Made by a program: the position numbers and the translations under genes. Under the pieces are notes generated by a model, which did not search any database, was not told the origin of the DNA, and was given only the letters and a program-made list of their open reading frames with translations. From Eubacteriales bacterium (GTDB lineage: Bacteria > Bacillota > Clostridia > Oscillospirales > CAG-272), in assembly GCA_045531965.1 (NCBI GenBank), contig JAZSFA010000004.1, positions 22,617 to 86,616 of the forward strand: a stretch of 64,000 bases of DNA. Reading direction: 5' to 3'. Shown here one piece after another: positions 1 through 10,148 of the stretch. Numbering within the stretch: position 1 is the stretch's first letter; each line of letters starts with the position of its first letter.

Positions 1-399
1 CTATTTAAGCTCTTTGCTAATTATGAATCGGATTCTTGGACTACAAAAATAAAAATTGTTCCAAAGAAATTGGGGATAGAAAAAAGGAAGCGCTTATCGA
101 TTGTAAGGAAATTCTATATTATTCATATTGACAACACAAAGAAAAAATTAGATGTAGCTAATGCAAATAATGTTATAAATAAGTTATATTTTAATGAAAA
201 TTTTTCTAGGTATATTAGAAATACATGCACTGCAACGATGTATAAAAATGATATCGTTGCCGATATTCCTTCTTTTGATTGCGAAGAATTTTTTGCTCAA
301 AGAAAAAAATTGATTAATTATATATTTAATAATAGCAAAGTGCTTTATTTAAGTGGCAATTTAAAAGATGTTACAGAATATATTAGCATAGACTGCTAA
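1..399 (+). CDS. hypothetical protein, 5' end outside window
   Basis: Frame 1 is open from nt 1 to TAA 397-399; the listed 70..399 ORF only starts at an internal TTG. Very AT-rich, Lys/Asn/Ile-rich, no motif recognised. Confidence 0.4.
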   Translation, partial: LFKLFANYESDSWTTKIKIVPKKLGIEKRKRLSIVRKFYIIHIDNTKKKLDVANANNVINKLYFNENFSRYIRNTCTATMYKNDIVADIPSFDCEEFFAQRKKLINYIFNNSKVLYLSGNLKDVTEYISIDC

Positions 400-456
400 T
401 GGAATAGCAATAATATTACTCTTAAAAAAACACTAAATGTGAGTATTGAATGAATT

Positions 457-1089
457 ATGACTAAAATAGAATGTATTGCTTTTGGTTTGTCCGAAAAACC
501 GAATAATCGTAAAGGTTGTTTTGGATATTCAAGTATATCTGTTGTTCAAGATAATGATGAATGCATTTTATGCGATGTTGGAAATTTTGGAGAAAGATGT
601 ATAATATATGATGTAATAAATACATATCATATTACCAAAGTATTTATATCACATTTGCACTTTGATCATTGTACAAATATCGATCTTTTCCCTGAAATTC
701 CCATTTATATCAACAAATATGAACTAGAAGAGTTGTTTTCAAAGAATCCAAATATAGATATTAATGTCCAACTAAAATACTTTATTGACAAATTAACTAT
801 TGTTTCGTTTGATAAAGAAATTATGCTTGGCGACAATACCAAAATAAAACTCACTTATGGTCATACTATGGGGCATAGCTCATTAGAAGTATGCAGTAAT
901 GACGGGAAATGTTTAATTGCCGGAGATTGCATTAAAAACAAAAAAGATTATGATTCACCAATGGTATATGAGAATGCATGGAATCCACAAATGCATATTG
1001 AAACTAAACGTAAATTGCATGATAAGTATTATATGATTGTTCCGGGACATGCTGAACCGATAATTATTGCGAAAAATCGGATCATTTAA
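457..1089 (+). CDS. MBL-fold metallo-hydrolase
   Basis: HxHxDH zinc motif (ISHLHFDHC), then GHTMGH, AGDC and VPGH in the order expected for metallo-beta-lactamase-fold hydrolases; 210 aa. Confidence 0.8.
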   Translation: MTKIECIAFGLSEKPNNRKGCFGYSSISVVQDNDECILCDVGNFGERCIIYDVINTYHITKVFISHLHFDHCTNIDLFPEIPIYINKYELEELFSKNPNIDINVQLKYFIDKLTIVSFDKEIMLGDNTKIKLTYGHTMGHSSLEVCSNDGKCLIAGDCIKNKKDYDSPMVYENAWNPQMHIETKRKLHDKYYMIVPGHAEPIIIAKNRII

Positions 1090-1315
1090 TGTTCTTTCCT
1101 ATATGCTAAATATTATAGTTGTGGATTACTCTGTCAACTATTTCCCGGAAAGTAATGTAATATGATTTGGAGAAAGTGCGGTGTCGCTCATAACTATGAT
1201 GTTTAGCACTTCTTGGTTGAGTTATTTGTTAATATTTGGTGTGTAGCTATTGAGCATAAATGGGTGATTTTGATACAATATTCAATGTACGAATATTTGT
1301 AGAGGGAATATTATT

Positions 1316-2230
1316 ATGGAAAAAAAACAATTAGACAATATTTTAAAAAAGATAACTTTAGAACATGAAAAGATTAGGCTTGATGAATTAGTGCTGCAAA
1401 CAAACAGTTTTACAAATACAATATATTCGGTGGGGGAAAAATATATACTTAGGATCTGCACAAAAAAGAGCAATGAAAAAAATTTTATCAGAGCTTCTAA
1501 TTTTTGTATAAATCATCAAGATATATTAAGAACGCCTAAAACATATTATTCGCAGTTATGCGAAAACGAAACTGGAATGTACTTTACATTGATTGAAAAA
1601 GTCAAAGGGGAGCTATTAACAAATGTCTGGACATCACTTGATAGTCATCAAAAAAGAAATGTTATTGGCCAACTTGCTACAGAAATGAAAATAATTCACA
1701 ATATTGAAGACGATGAGTTTTCCGATACATTTCTGCAACCAAGTGATTGGAAAGCGAAATTTCACTATGACATTAATATGAAACTACAAATGTTATTAGA
1801 ACAAAATGTAATAGAAGACGATTTTTATTATTTGATATCAAACTATTTGAATGATAATATAGACAGTTTAAATGAAGCTAATTTTTCTATCTGTCATTCA
1901 GACTTGCATTTTGATAATATAATGTTAACCGATTGTAATAACATCGTCATTTTTGACTATGATCGATTAAGGAAAGCGTCTATTGATTATGAACTAGATG
2001 TACTTAATAGAATGTGTTATCGACCAACCTCTGTTCTTCATTTGGATGAAAAATTCGCTATAGATATGAATTTGGTGGAATTATTGGGTGAATATTATCC
2101 CCAAATATTGCAGTTTAAAAATATCAATAAAAGATTGAAAATTTATGGTATTAAACAATACTTAAATATTTTATCTTTTGTGAAAACCGTAGATTTAAAA
2201 AAAGAGATAATTGATTTTTTACATCAATAA
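1316..2230 (+). CDS. APH/choline-kinase-fold phosphotransferase
   Basis: Brenner-type kinase motif CHSDLHFDNIML followed by IFDYDRL (DxD); size 304 aa; SD-like GAGGGA upstream. Confidence 0.75.
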   Translation: MEKKQLDNILKKITLEHEKIRLDELVLQTNSFTNTIYSVGEKYILRICTKKSNEKNFIRASNFCINHQDILRTPKTYYSQLCENETGMYFTLIEKVKGELLTNVWTSLDSHQKRNVIGQLATEMKIIHNIEDDEFSDTFLQPSDWKAKFHYDINMKLQMLLEQNVIEDDFYYLISNYLNDNIDSLNEANFSICHSDLHFDNIMLTDCNNIVIFDYDRLRKASIDYELDVLNRMCYRPTSVLHLDEKFAIDMNLVELLGEYYPQILQFKNINKRLKIYGIKQYLNILSFVKTVDLKKEIIDFLHQ

Positions 2231-2319
2231 AAAGACTAAGTTTACCAAAATGGAATTGTGAAGAGAGTTAGCGATATAAATGTTTATTAATTATCAATAT
2301 TCATAAAAGACGGGGTGAA

Positions 2320-3264
2320 ATGGAAATTAATGATGTGAAATTTATTAATAGTTTGGATATGCTTAATATTGATGGAATAAAAGATGTTCCAAAAGCAGAT
2401 CTGCACAACCATGCTTCTTTGGGAATCAGTCCGGAGAGATTGATAGATAGAAAATTGAACTATGTACAATTTAAACAAGTAAATTGTATTGAAGAAATGA
2501 AGACATTTATTAATAGTAGTTATGGGCACTTACTTCGCGATAAAAATATTAATTTATCGTTGATTGAAGGAACTGTGCTGTCGGCAATTGATGATGGCAT
2601 TAGCATATTAGAATGTAGTATTGATTATAGACTTTTTGAAAAGTTTGGGGGTGAAAGTCACCGTGTTATTGATTTTTTAAATTTCATAAAAAAGATGTAT
2701 AGCAAAAAGATTACAGTTCGATACGATTTAGGATTGAGTAGAAAAAAATATCAAAGAGAATGGGATAAAAAAATATTTGATTTAATTGAAACAAAGGCTT
2801 TTTCGGGAATTGATCTATATGGTGATGAGAAATATAAGCCATATGACAATATAAAGAAAATTTTTTTATATGGTAGAAAAAACGGGATGAAATTGAAAGC
2901 TCATGTAGGAGAGTTTTGCGACGAATTAGAGATAATTGATGTAATAAAGATGTTGGATTTGGATGTTGTACAGCATGGAATCTCAATTATTAACTCAAAT
3001 CAAGCTATGCAATATGTGAAAAGTAAAAACATTGTTTTTAATGTTTGCTGTACAAGCAATTGCTTGTTGGGAAGAGTAGATAGAATCGAAAATCATCCAA
3101 TTAGAAAGATGTTTGATTTCGGATTGAAAGTTACTATAAATACAGATGATTTATTAATTTTTGGTAGTTCAATCAGCAATGAGTATATAAAACTGTATAA
3201 AAGTGGTGTTTTTAATGCCGAAGAATTAAATGTTATTAGAAAAAACGGATTAAGCAATATTTGA
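2320..3264 (+). CDS. adenosine/AMP-deaminase-fold metallo-hydrolase
   Basis: Family motifs all present and in order: DLHNHASLG, GIDLYGDE, KAHVGEF, VQHGI, NVCCTSN, INTDDLL. Confidence 0.8.
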   Translation: MEINDVKFINSLDMLNIDGIKDVPKADLHNHASLGISPERLIDRKLNYVQFKQVNCIEEMKTFINSSYGHLLRDKNINLSLIEGTVLSAIDDGISILECSIDYRLFEKFGGESHRVIDFLNFIKKMYSKKITVRYDLGLSRKKYQREWDKKIFDLIETKAFSGIDLYGDEKYKPYDNIKKIFLYGRKNGMKLKAHVGEFCDELEIIDVIKMLDLDVVQHGISIINSNQAMQYVKSKNIVFNVCCTSNCLLGRVDRIENHPIRKMFDFGLKVTINTDDLLIFGSSISNEYIKLYKSGVFNAEELNVIRKNGLSNI

Positions 3265-3285
3265 TTTATATTTAATGAGGAATTT

Positions 3286-4245
3286 ATGGAACAAATAAGT
3301 ATATATGCTGATGGATGTGGAAATGTTAAAAAGCAGAAATTATCTGATATTGTTAAACATGAAAACGACGATATCTTAATTTGTCCAATATATGTTGGTG
3401 TGTGTGGTACCGATAAAAAAATTGTTAATCTGCAATATAAAGGTGTTGATTATCCAAGAATACTGGGGCATGAATGGGTTGGTGTTGTAGTTGAATCAGC
3501 AAGTGAAAGAATACCCAAAGGTAAATTAGTTACGGGTGAGTGTTCCATATATTGCAAGAACTGTCGGTTATGCATTTTTGATTATAATTCTTGTGTGAAT
3601 TTGGAAAAATTCGGAATTACATGCAATGGAGCAATGAGAAGTGTTTTTTGGTTTTGTTCGGAATATACTCATATTGTTCCAAGTCTAGAATATGTTTGGT
3701 GTTTTGTTGAGCCGATGGCTAGTGCGTTACATCTATTGTCCCAATTGAAAATAAATCGAAATGTTGATTATAGAGTTTTGATTGTGGGAGCAGGGCAGAT
3801 GGGAATATTGTCAGCTATTGCTTTGCTAGAAGATTATGATAATATGAAGGTGTCTATAAGTGATATAAACAAAGAAAAAGAAGAACGAGTCTTTAATTTG
3901 CTTGAAAAATTAGTGCCGTTTTCTCAAAAAGAAAAGTATGATATAATTGTTGATACTGTGGGAAATTCTGAATCGATAAAATACTGCTGCGGAAAAATAG
4001 AAAAATCAGGTCAGTTGTGTACATTGGGAACAACAGATGGAGAGATAAGTGTATCAGATGTTACATTAAATTGTCTGTCTATTTATGGCACAATAGGAGG
4101 AAGCGGTTTTTTTAAGAAAGCAATTAATTTGATAGAGAAATATCTGGAAACGATTAGAAAGATTGAAAAGGTGACGATTGAAATATCAAAAACAGATGCC
4201 ATCGATTTTACTTCTAATAAGAAAATAATAATTGACATGAGGTGA
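3286..4245 (+). CDS. zinc-dependent MDR-family alcohol/polyol dehydrogenase
   Basis: GVCGTD, GHEWVGVV, structural-zinc Cys loop GECSIYCKNCRLC, Rossmann VGAGQMG; starts 21 nt after the deaminase-fold gene. Confidence 0.8.
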   Translation: MEQISIYADGCGNVKKQKLSDIVKHENDDILICPIYVGVCGTDKKIVNLQYKGVDYPRILGHEWVGVVVESASERIPKGKLVTGECSIYCKNCRLCIFDYNSCVNLEKFGITCNGAMRSVFWFCSEYTHIVPSLEYVWCFVEPMASALHLLSQLKINRNVDYRVLIVGAGQMGILSAIALLEDYDNMKVSISDINKEKEERVFNLLEKLVPFSQKEKYDIIVDTVGNSESIKYCCGKIEKSGQLCTLGTTDGEISVSDVTLNCLSIYGTIGGSGFFKKAINLIEKYLETIRKIEKVTIEISKTDAIDFTSNKKIIIDMR

Positions 4246-4515
4246 GTTTAACTTAAATCACAATATCAAAAGAAACATCAGAAAACTGATTACTGTTTAG
4301 TGATGGAAAGCGAACTGTCCCACAAAAATGACACAAAGAATAGTATATTTCTGCCACTGCACCCGATGGAATGTACGCGGGAAAAGATTGAAAAACGGAG
4401 TTGTGTTCTGATTAAGTTATAACTTGGTTGATACAAAGTTTTTATAAAAAATATATGCTGCTATAAGGCGTTTAAATTTTATATATTTTTGTGCTTTTTA
4501 GCGTAGCGGAAAGGT

Positions 4516-5544
4516 ATGGTTATGACAATGAAAGTGTTGCGTTATGAGATAACAGATGCATGCAATTTGAGGTGTAAAATGTGTTGGTCAACAGATTGGC
4601 AGCATAAAGATATGGGACTGTATGGAGCAAAGAAGTTAATTGACGAATTTGCAGATTTGTATCCGGGTCAAATGGTTATTTTAACATCTAGGGAGCCATT
4701 GGCAAGTTGTATTTTTGAAGATATTGTCAGGTACCTTCATGCAAAACGGTTAAAAATTGGAATATTGACCAATGGAACATTGCTTACAGAAAGAATATAT
4801 AGATGCTTATGTTCAAGCGAAATATCTGCCATAAGCGTTTCCTTGCATGGAGAAGAGCGATATCATGATTATACAGTTGGAGTACAGGGTGCTGCACGAA
4901 AAACAATCGATGCTCTGAAAAAAATATCTGATATGAAGGCTATGAATAACGATCTTTGCTTAAGAATTACCAATGTTATTTCGCCAGGTACAATGTCAGC
5001 ACTTGATTATTTAATTGACTTGGCCAAAAGGAATTCTGCTGTGCTGAGGTTGCAACATCTAATGTGGCATTCTGAGAAACGTAAAACAATTCATAAGCAA
5101 TATTTAAAAGATAAATACAATATAATAGATAATTCAATAGACGGATTCCCATCCAATCCAACAATTACAGCTGATGAGGTGATAAATATTGTTCAAACTG
5201 CCGAGAAAAAGTGTTTGCAAAATAACATTAAACTTGAAATTTATCCATTATTAACGGAAGATCAGATTTATAGATGGTACAATAGTGATGGAGATGTTTT
5301 TTATAAAGCGAATTGTGGACATGCATTTGATTCTATTAGAATTAGAGCGGATGGTTCGGTTGTATATTGTCAATATATTGAACATATGTACGGCGATATT
5401 AATAAGAGTGGTCTAATAAACATTTTGAATGATGATGGATATATACAGTGGGCGAAAGATATGAAAAATGGGTATTTGACTCCATTGTGTCAGCGTTGTT
5501 GCCATGTTTGTCCTGTTGGAGAAGAAGATGAATACATGATATAA
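4516..5544 (+). CDS. radical SAM enzyme with C-terminal SPASM/twitch-like Cys cluster
   Basis: CNLRCKMC (CxxxCxxC) near N-terminus; C-terminal CGHAF..DGSVVYCQY..CQRCCHVC. Alternative in-frame ATGs at 4522/4528 sit better behind GGAAAGG. Confidence 0.85.
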   Translation: MVMTMKVLRYEITDACNLRCKMCWSTDWQHKDMGLYGAKKLIDEFADLYPGQMVILTSREPLASCIFEDIVRYLHAKRLKIGILTNGTLLTERIYRCLCSSEISAISVSLHGEERYHDYTVGVQGAARKTIDALKKISDMKAMNNDLCLRITNVISPGTMSALDYLIDLAKRNSAVLRLQHLMWHSEKRKTIHKQYLKDKYNIIDNSIDGFPSNPTITADEVINIVQTAEKKCLQNNIKLEIYPLLTEDQIYRWYNSDGDVFYKANCGHAFDSIRIRADGSVVYCQYIEHMYGDINKSGLINILNDDGYIQWAKDMKNGYLTPLCQRCCHVCPVGEEDEYMI

Positions 5545-5649
5545 ATTATTGGTGAAATGTGTTCAATGCTTTTTTGAAATATGATTGTTTTTGTCAAGGG
5601 GAAATGAATAGAAAAATCTAATTATTGTTTGAGAGAATGGGGCGATGAT

Positions 5650-5900
5650 ATGGCCTCAGTTGTTATTCCAGTTTATAATTCAAAATCGTATTTGATAGAA
5701 TATACATAAACAATCATACAGGAATTTTGAAGTTATATGTGTGGATGGCTCAACAGATAAATTAAAAAATAATTGAAGGCTTTGTCACACTGAACGACAG
5801 ACTAAAAATTCTTTTAAAGAACATATCGATATACGAGGTGAATTTGAATAATGCTGCAAACGAGAACGGCAGCCTATGCTATTTTGAAATAGTTGGTCAC
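5650..5900 (+). pseudogene. family-2 glycosyltransferase remnant
   Basis: MASVVIPVYNSKSYLIEYT then stop; next frame continues ..YRNFEVICVDGSTDK.. and DRLKILLKN.., i.e. the GT2 N-terminal signature broken by stops and frameshifts. The 3' limit is approximate. Confidence 0.6.
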
Positions 5901-6356
5901 GAGTCGATATCAAACATTGATATAAGAAGTGAACTGAATCATATTTAAGAATACATCAGCTCCATTGATATGTTTGAAAAAATGGAATTGTTTTCAAAGT
6001 CTATTCCCAAAGGGTCTGATGTAGGGCTATTGCCCCGTTTTTCTCAGTTTGATTTTTGTGATGTATCAACTTACGCTGCTCCGTTGGTCTTTATTTTATA
6101 TCGTATAATGAACCAACGCTATTGTTTTTCGTTATTTTGGGAAGTTGCCTGCGACTATCAGATTATTGAAGAGTTTTTTATCGGAGATGAAAGCTTTAGC
6201 TGAAAAGTACAAATTACTTAGAATTATTGTTGTTAAAACAATACTAAAAGGCAAAAGTACTGAAATGTTGCTATGTAGCGCCTTTGGATAAACGGAAAAC
6301 GGCAAACGCTTTGCTGCACAAAAACGGAAACAAGAAGACAACTTTTCACCTTTAGC

Positions 6357-7115
6357 TTGAGCAAGGGAATGAATTCGTTTTGTTCGCAGCAGCATGATGC
6401 TTTGAAGTTCTTTAGAACGACTGTGCGAATCACATCTTTCTTGTACGAGATGACATCGGACAACCAGTCGCTGATTGTAGATAATCTCCATTATCAGAAA
6501 GGCGAAATAGCGATAGCGCATAACGGAGTCGAGAAATATAACGGCGAACGGTTCAACATGGTCTGTGTCCCAGTAGAAGTGGTGAATTTGGATGTAGATG
6601 CTCCTATGCAACTGTCAATCAAAAACAGTGACAGCGGTGAGATGTTGTATTCTCAGACTATTCATTTGTATGACTTCATAAGTATAGAAACTTCTGCTTT
6701 GCTGCTTACCAAGGAATCGCTGTTCACGTGTGCTATGGTTAACATAGATTATCATGACAACAACGGATATCCGCATACCTTTTTCTTTGATCTTTATCTG
6801 TCAAAGACGAGTGGCTATATGATCCCGACAGAAGAAAGAGCAAACAGATTGCTGAAAGACGAAACAGTTTCGTTGGACGCAAAGAATTACATAACCTATT
6901 ATCTTACGAATATATTTCGACTTGGAGAGTATGATATACGTAATTTTGCTGCTTGGCGGGACTTTTCGGAAATGCTGGATTTGATTGAGAGCGGCGGGTA
7001 CGATGAATATTTAGAGTCTCCCGGCACAAAGAAGCACTACTGGTTGTCCGGCGTAGACGATCATTTAGTGGAATATGTTGTTTGTCTGCCGAAACCTAAG
7101 TCGTTCTTGTCTTAA
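6357..7115 (+). CDS. hypothetical protein (start uncertain; possibly one frameshifted gene with 7075..7425)
   Basis: Long ORF in the intermediate-GC segment; no convincing SD at any candidate start; no motif recognised. Confidence 0.35.
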   Translation: MSKGMNSFCSQQHDALKFFRTTVRITSFLYEMTSDNQSLIVDNLHYQKGEIAIAHNGVEKYNGERFNMVCVPVEVVNLDVDAPMQLSIKNSDSGEMLYSQTIHLYDFISIETSALLLTKESLFTCAMVNIDYHDNNGYPHTFFFDLYLSKTSGYMIPTEERANRLLKDETVSLDAKNYITYYLTNIFRLGEYDIRNFAAWRDFSEMLDLIESGGYDEYLESPGTKKHYWLSGVDDHLVEYVVCLPKPKSFLS

Positions 7116-7425
7116 ACTATATAAGCATCAGACGATTCTCTTGGAATCAATGCAGATCTTTGCAGAGCACTTATCCGCCGAGGACGAATTGTCCGGCGTT
7201 ATTTCCAGGTATAAAAATTGCGTGGAAAGAATGCATCGGATCTATTTGCTCTGCATTAAACACTCTTTTACTGAAGACAAACAACTTCTTCTTCGTTTTT
7301 CGGAAAAACTTCAACAATTAGAATCTGAAGAAAAAGAAGTCTTTACAGAATTTGATGACCATGCGGCACAGATATATATTCGTAAATGCTTGATGCCTAT
7401 ATCGCTTAACACAAAAGGCAACTGA
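7075..7425 (+). CDS. hypothetical protein (or 3' part of a frameshifted gene)
   Basis: ORF overlaps the end of 6357..7115 in another frame; helical, Glu/Leu-rich; internal ATG at 7150. Confidence 0.3.
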   Translation: MLFVCRNLSRSCLKLYKHQTILLESMQIFAEHLSAEDELSGVISRYKNCVERMHRIYLLCIKHSFTEDKQLLLRFSEKLQQLESEEKEVFTEFDDHAAQIYIRKCLMPISLNTKGN

Positions 7426-7455
7426 CAACACAACATCACCCACAGGAGAAGGAAT

Positions 7456-8031
7456 ATGATAAAAGTCTACTTGATCAAAACAGATTTGAAGTCCAATTCT
7501 GAAATCAGTGACCTTGCCTGGTCGCATGTATTGCAACTAGCTTCGCAGGATCTGCGTATACCAAAAGAAAGTATTACCGTAAAGAAAGGAATCCACGGAA
7601 AACCGTATTTCGACGGTTACAGAGAATGGCAGTTTAACATATCACATACGAGTGAAATGATCGCTATTGCCATGTCGGACAAGCCGGTTGGAATCGATAT
7701 TGAAAAAATCCAAAAGCAAGACTTGCGAATCGCAGAGCGATTCTTTACAGACACGGAGCATAGCTACATAAACGATGCAGATAGTGATGCTGATAAAAAC
7801 AAACGGTTTCTTGAAGTGTGGACGAAAAAAGAAGCATATATTAAGTTCACAGGGGAGGGCATGAGCAGACCAATAAACTCGTTTTGCGTGTTTGATGTCC
7901 TCGCAAAGAATCAAACCGTGTATTGGGATGGATATATATTGTCTGTTTGCTGCTCAAATCAAGCAGATTCCGAATTTGCGGTTGAGTATTGTACTGAAAG
8001 CGTTTTTGCTAATTATCCTCCCTGTGGTTGA
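7456..8031 (+). CDS. Sfp-type 4'-phosphopantetheinyl transferase
   Basis: GKPYF, FNISHT, GIDIEKI and WTKKEAYIKFTGEG motifs; SD AGGAGAAGG upstream. Confidence 0.85.
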   Translation: MIKVYLIKTDLKSNSEISDLAWSHVLQLASQDLRIPKESITVKKGIHGKPYFDGYREWQFNISHTSEMIAIAMSDKPVGIDIEKIQKQDLRIAERFFTDTEHSYINDADSDADKNKRFLEVWTKKEAYIKFTGEGMSRPINSFCVFDVLAKNQTVYWDGYILSVCCSNQADSEFAVEYCTESVFANYPPCG

Positions 8032-8198
8032 TCCAATAATATAGAAAACATTTGTGTGTGTAATCAGTTCAGAGGCCGATATCACATATCAAATGCATAT
8101 AGAAGCAAAAGTCATATAGACAAATGAGTTTTTGACACGACAAGAAAGGATTCGGATAAAGATATCGGAAATATACCGGCTTTATCCATAGGCGATTG

Positions 8199-9169
8199 AT
8201 GAAAAAATCGGTTGAACTGCCAATTGTGAAACCCATATACGACGTATATCACTGCCAGGACTCTGCCAGTGCGGTAATCGCTCAAAATCCAAGCATTCGG
8301 AATTGGTATTTAAATCACGCCATTGTTCTTAGTTGTGAAAATTATTTTTGTATTCATCTTTCACACCGGAAGTAAGTGTCTGCTGTTCTGCATTAGACAC
8401 AGCGCGGTACCTTGATCAACGTTCGGTTAATATGTTATACCTAAAGGATATGTTCATCCGGTGATTCGTGCAATGCTGGACGATGGTTTCTATGTGTACT
8501 ATACCGTAATCGATGACTACTTCATACAAGGAAAGTTTGGATACAAGAAGCGGCATTTCTTTCATGACGGCTTAATATGCGGTTATGATCAGAATGAGAA
8601 GACATAAAGTATATTCGCTTATGACGAGAAAGACCATTACACCGTTTTCAAAACACCGCAAAGTGGATTTGAAGCAGGAAGAAGATGTGTCAAGAAAAAC
8701 GGCGGTGGTGTCGTTGGCGCACTGGGTGCGATCCGTCCGCTCGACATACGGTATGAGTTAGAGCCATCGACTATCAAAGAAAACTTGAAAGAATACCTGC
8801 GATTTGCGTTTAAGCATTTTCACTTTAGAACCAGGAGAGAGCGGATACGGCATAGCAGTGCACCGTTATCTGATACTGTATTTACAACGAATCATCGATG
8901 GTCAGCTGTCGAAAGACTATCTGGACAAGCGTGCATTTAAAATGATTTTTGAGCACAAAGCTGTTATGCTTGAATGCTTACAGGCGTTGGAGAACAAACT
9001 GCAATGGAACACCGAACTGAGTGAGCAGTATAAAGGAATACTGAAAATCGCCGAAAAACTGTGGATGAAATGCCTTTACTACGAGCAGACACAGCGCAAA
9101 TCTGTTCTACATGATATGTGTGACATTCTTTCGCAAATTGAGATGGACGAGGAGGTAATACTGAGTTAA
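8199..9169 (+). pseudogene. decayed paralogue of the 15439..17214 protein family
   Basis: Similarity is spread over three frames: LPIVKPIYDVYHCQ..WYLNHAIV; GFYVYYTVIDDYFIQ..HDGLICGYDQNEKT*; HRYLILYLQRI..FEHKAVMLECLQ. These match WYMNNFINIF, YIYAWVDQYYIS..HPILIYGYDDN and YRVLHMVCENKKNILKRLQ of the intact copy. In-frame stops are present. Confidence 0.6.
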
Positions 9170-9361
9170 GCAGTACAAAGACTTGAACTTACAGACACAG
9201 AAGCTAATAACAGTTGAAAATATATGATGAGAACAATGATAATTTCTATTGCTATTAAAGCGATTCGGAGAATTTAAATAACAAATAACAGTTTGCACAA
9301 AGGATAATAAGATTGTAAGCACAATCTGTACTTTAAGATGTTATTTTTGGGGGGGAAGTGA

Positions 9362-9680
9362 ATGGTGTCAATTATTATACCAATTTATAACTCAGAACAA
9401 TACTTAGCTGAATGTCATAAAAACTATTCAAGAGTAGTCTTACCGTGACTTTGAAGTCCTTTGTGTTGACGATGGATCAACAGATGACTCTAGAAGAATG
9501 ATTGAATATTATGTTAGCATAGATGAAAGATTCAAGCTTATTTCAAAGATTCATACAAATGCTGGTGATGCCAGAAATGTTGGCTTGAAACATACTAAAG
9601 GTGACTATTTGTTATTTTTGGATAGCGAGGATTTCTTTGATGTAAATGATGTCATTAGAACGGAGACAAAGAGTGACTGA
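9362..9680 (+). pseudogene. family-2 glycosyltransferase remnant
   Basis: MVSIIIPIYNSEQYLAEC.. then stop; next frame FEVLCVDDGSTDDS..AGDARNVGLKHTKGDYLLFLDSEDFF (DxD). Truncated after ~100 aa. Confidence 0.7.
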
Positions 9681-9684
9681 CACG

Positions 9685-10082
9685 AGTTTAACTGGTGTTT
9701 TTCTCTGTACCAGAGAACTTTCAAAACCAATGATAAAACAGCGGGCTGGGAAAATAATAAATATTCCTCATTAAAAGGACAAGAAGGCACCAAAGGGCAA
9801 TCTAACTACACGGCATCAAAAGCCGGAGTAATTGCGTTAACCAAAACAGCAGCCAAAGAGCTGGGAGAATTTAATATATCCGTGAATGCAATTTGTCCTG
9901 GATTTATCGTAACAGACCTTAATCGCAACAACAAGGAAAAAGAAAAAATAGCCATCAAACGGAGTTTATTGTCAATAGATGCTTCTATGCGAGATTTGGT
10001 TAATTTTTGCTTATTTATTTCGTAAGATTTAACACAAGGAATTAGTGGACGAGTTTTCAACTTGGACTCTAGAATTATGTAG
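9685..10082 (+). pseudogene. SDR (FabG-like 3-oxoacyl reductase) C-terminal remnant
   Basis: TGVFLCTRELSKPMIKQRAGKIINI, a frameshift, then NYTASKAGVIALTKTAAKELGEFNISVNAICPGFIVTD (YxxxK active site), an in-frame TAA, then ..GISGRVFNLDSRIM. The listed 9806..10060 minus ORF is its antisense shadow. Confidence 0.7.
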
Positions 10083-10148
10083 ATATCAAGAATATGAGTA
10101 TATTATTAAACAGAAAATGTTGTAGTTATTCCGGAAAAGTATCATAGG

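Noticed and set aside
1282-2986. Minus-strand ORFs 1282..1473, 2287..2529 and 2711..2986. Similar short ORFs in the AT-rich block are 4976..5164, 10488..10691, 11315..11515, 11610..11969 and 11903..12085.
   Set aside because: They overlap motif-supported plus-strand genes, have Phe/Ile/Leu/Ser-rich low-complexity translations typical of antisense AT-rich DNA, and have no SD.
5970-6611. ORFs 5970..6203(+), 6132..6611(-) and 6233..6463(-).
   Set aside because: They mutually overlap in a decayed region, with no start context or motif. They cannot be distinguished from noise.
9806-10060. 84-aa minus-strand ORF.
   Set aside because: The plus strand here reads an unmistakable SDR C-terminal region (NYTASKAGVIALTK..NAICPGFIVTD), so the minus ORF is a shadow of a pseudogene.
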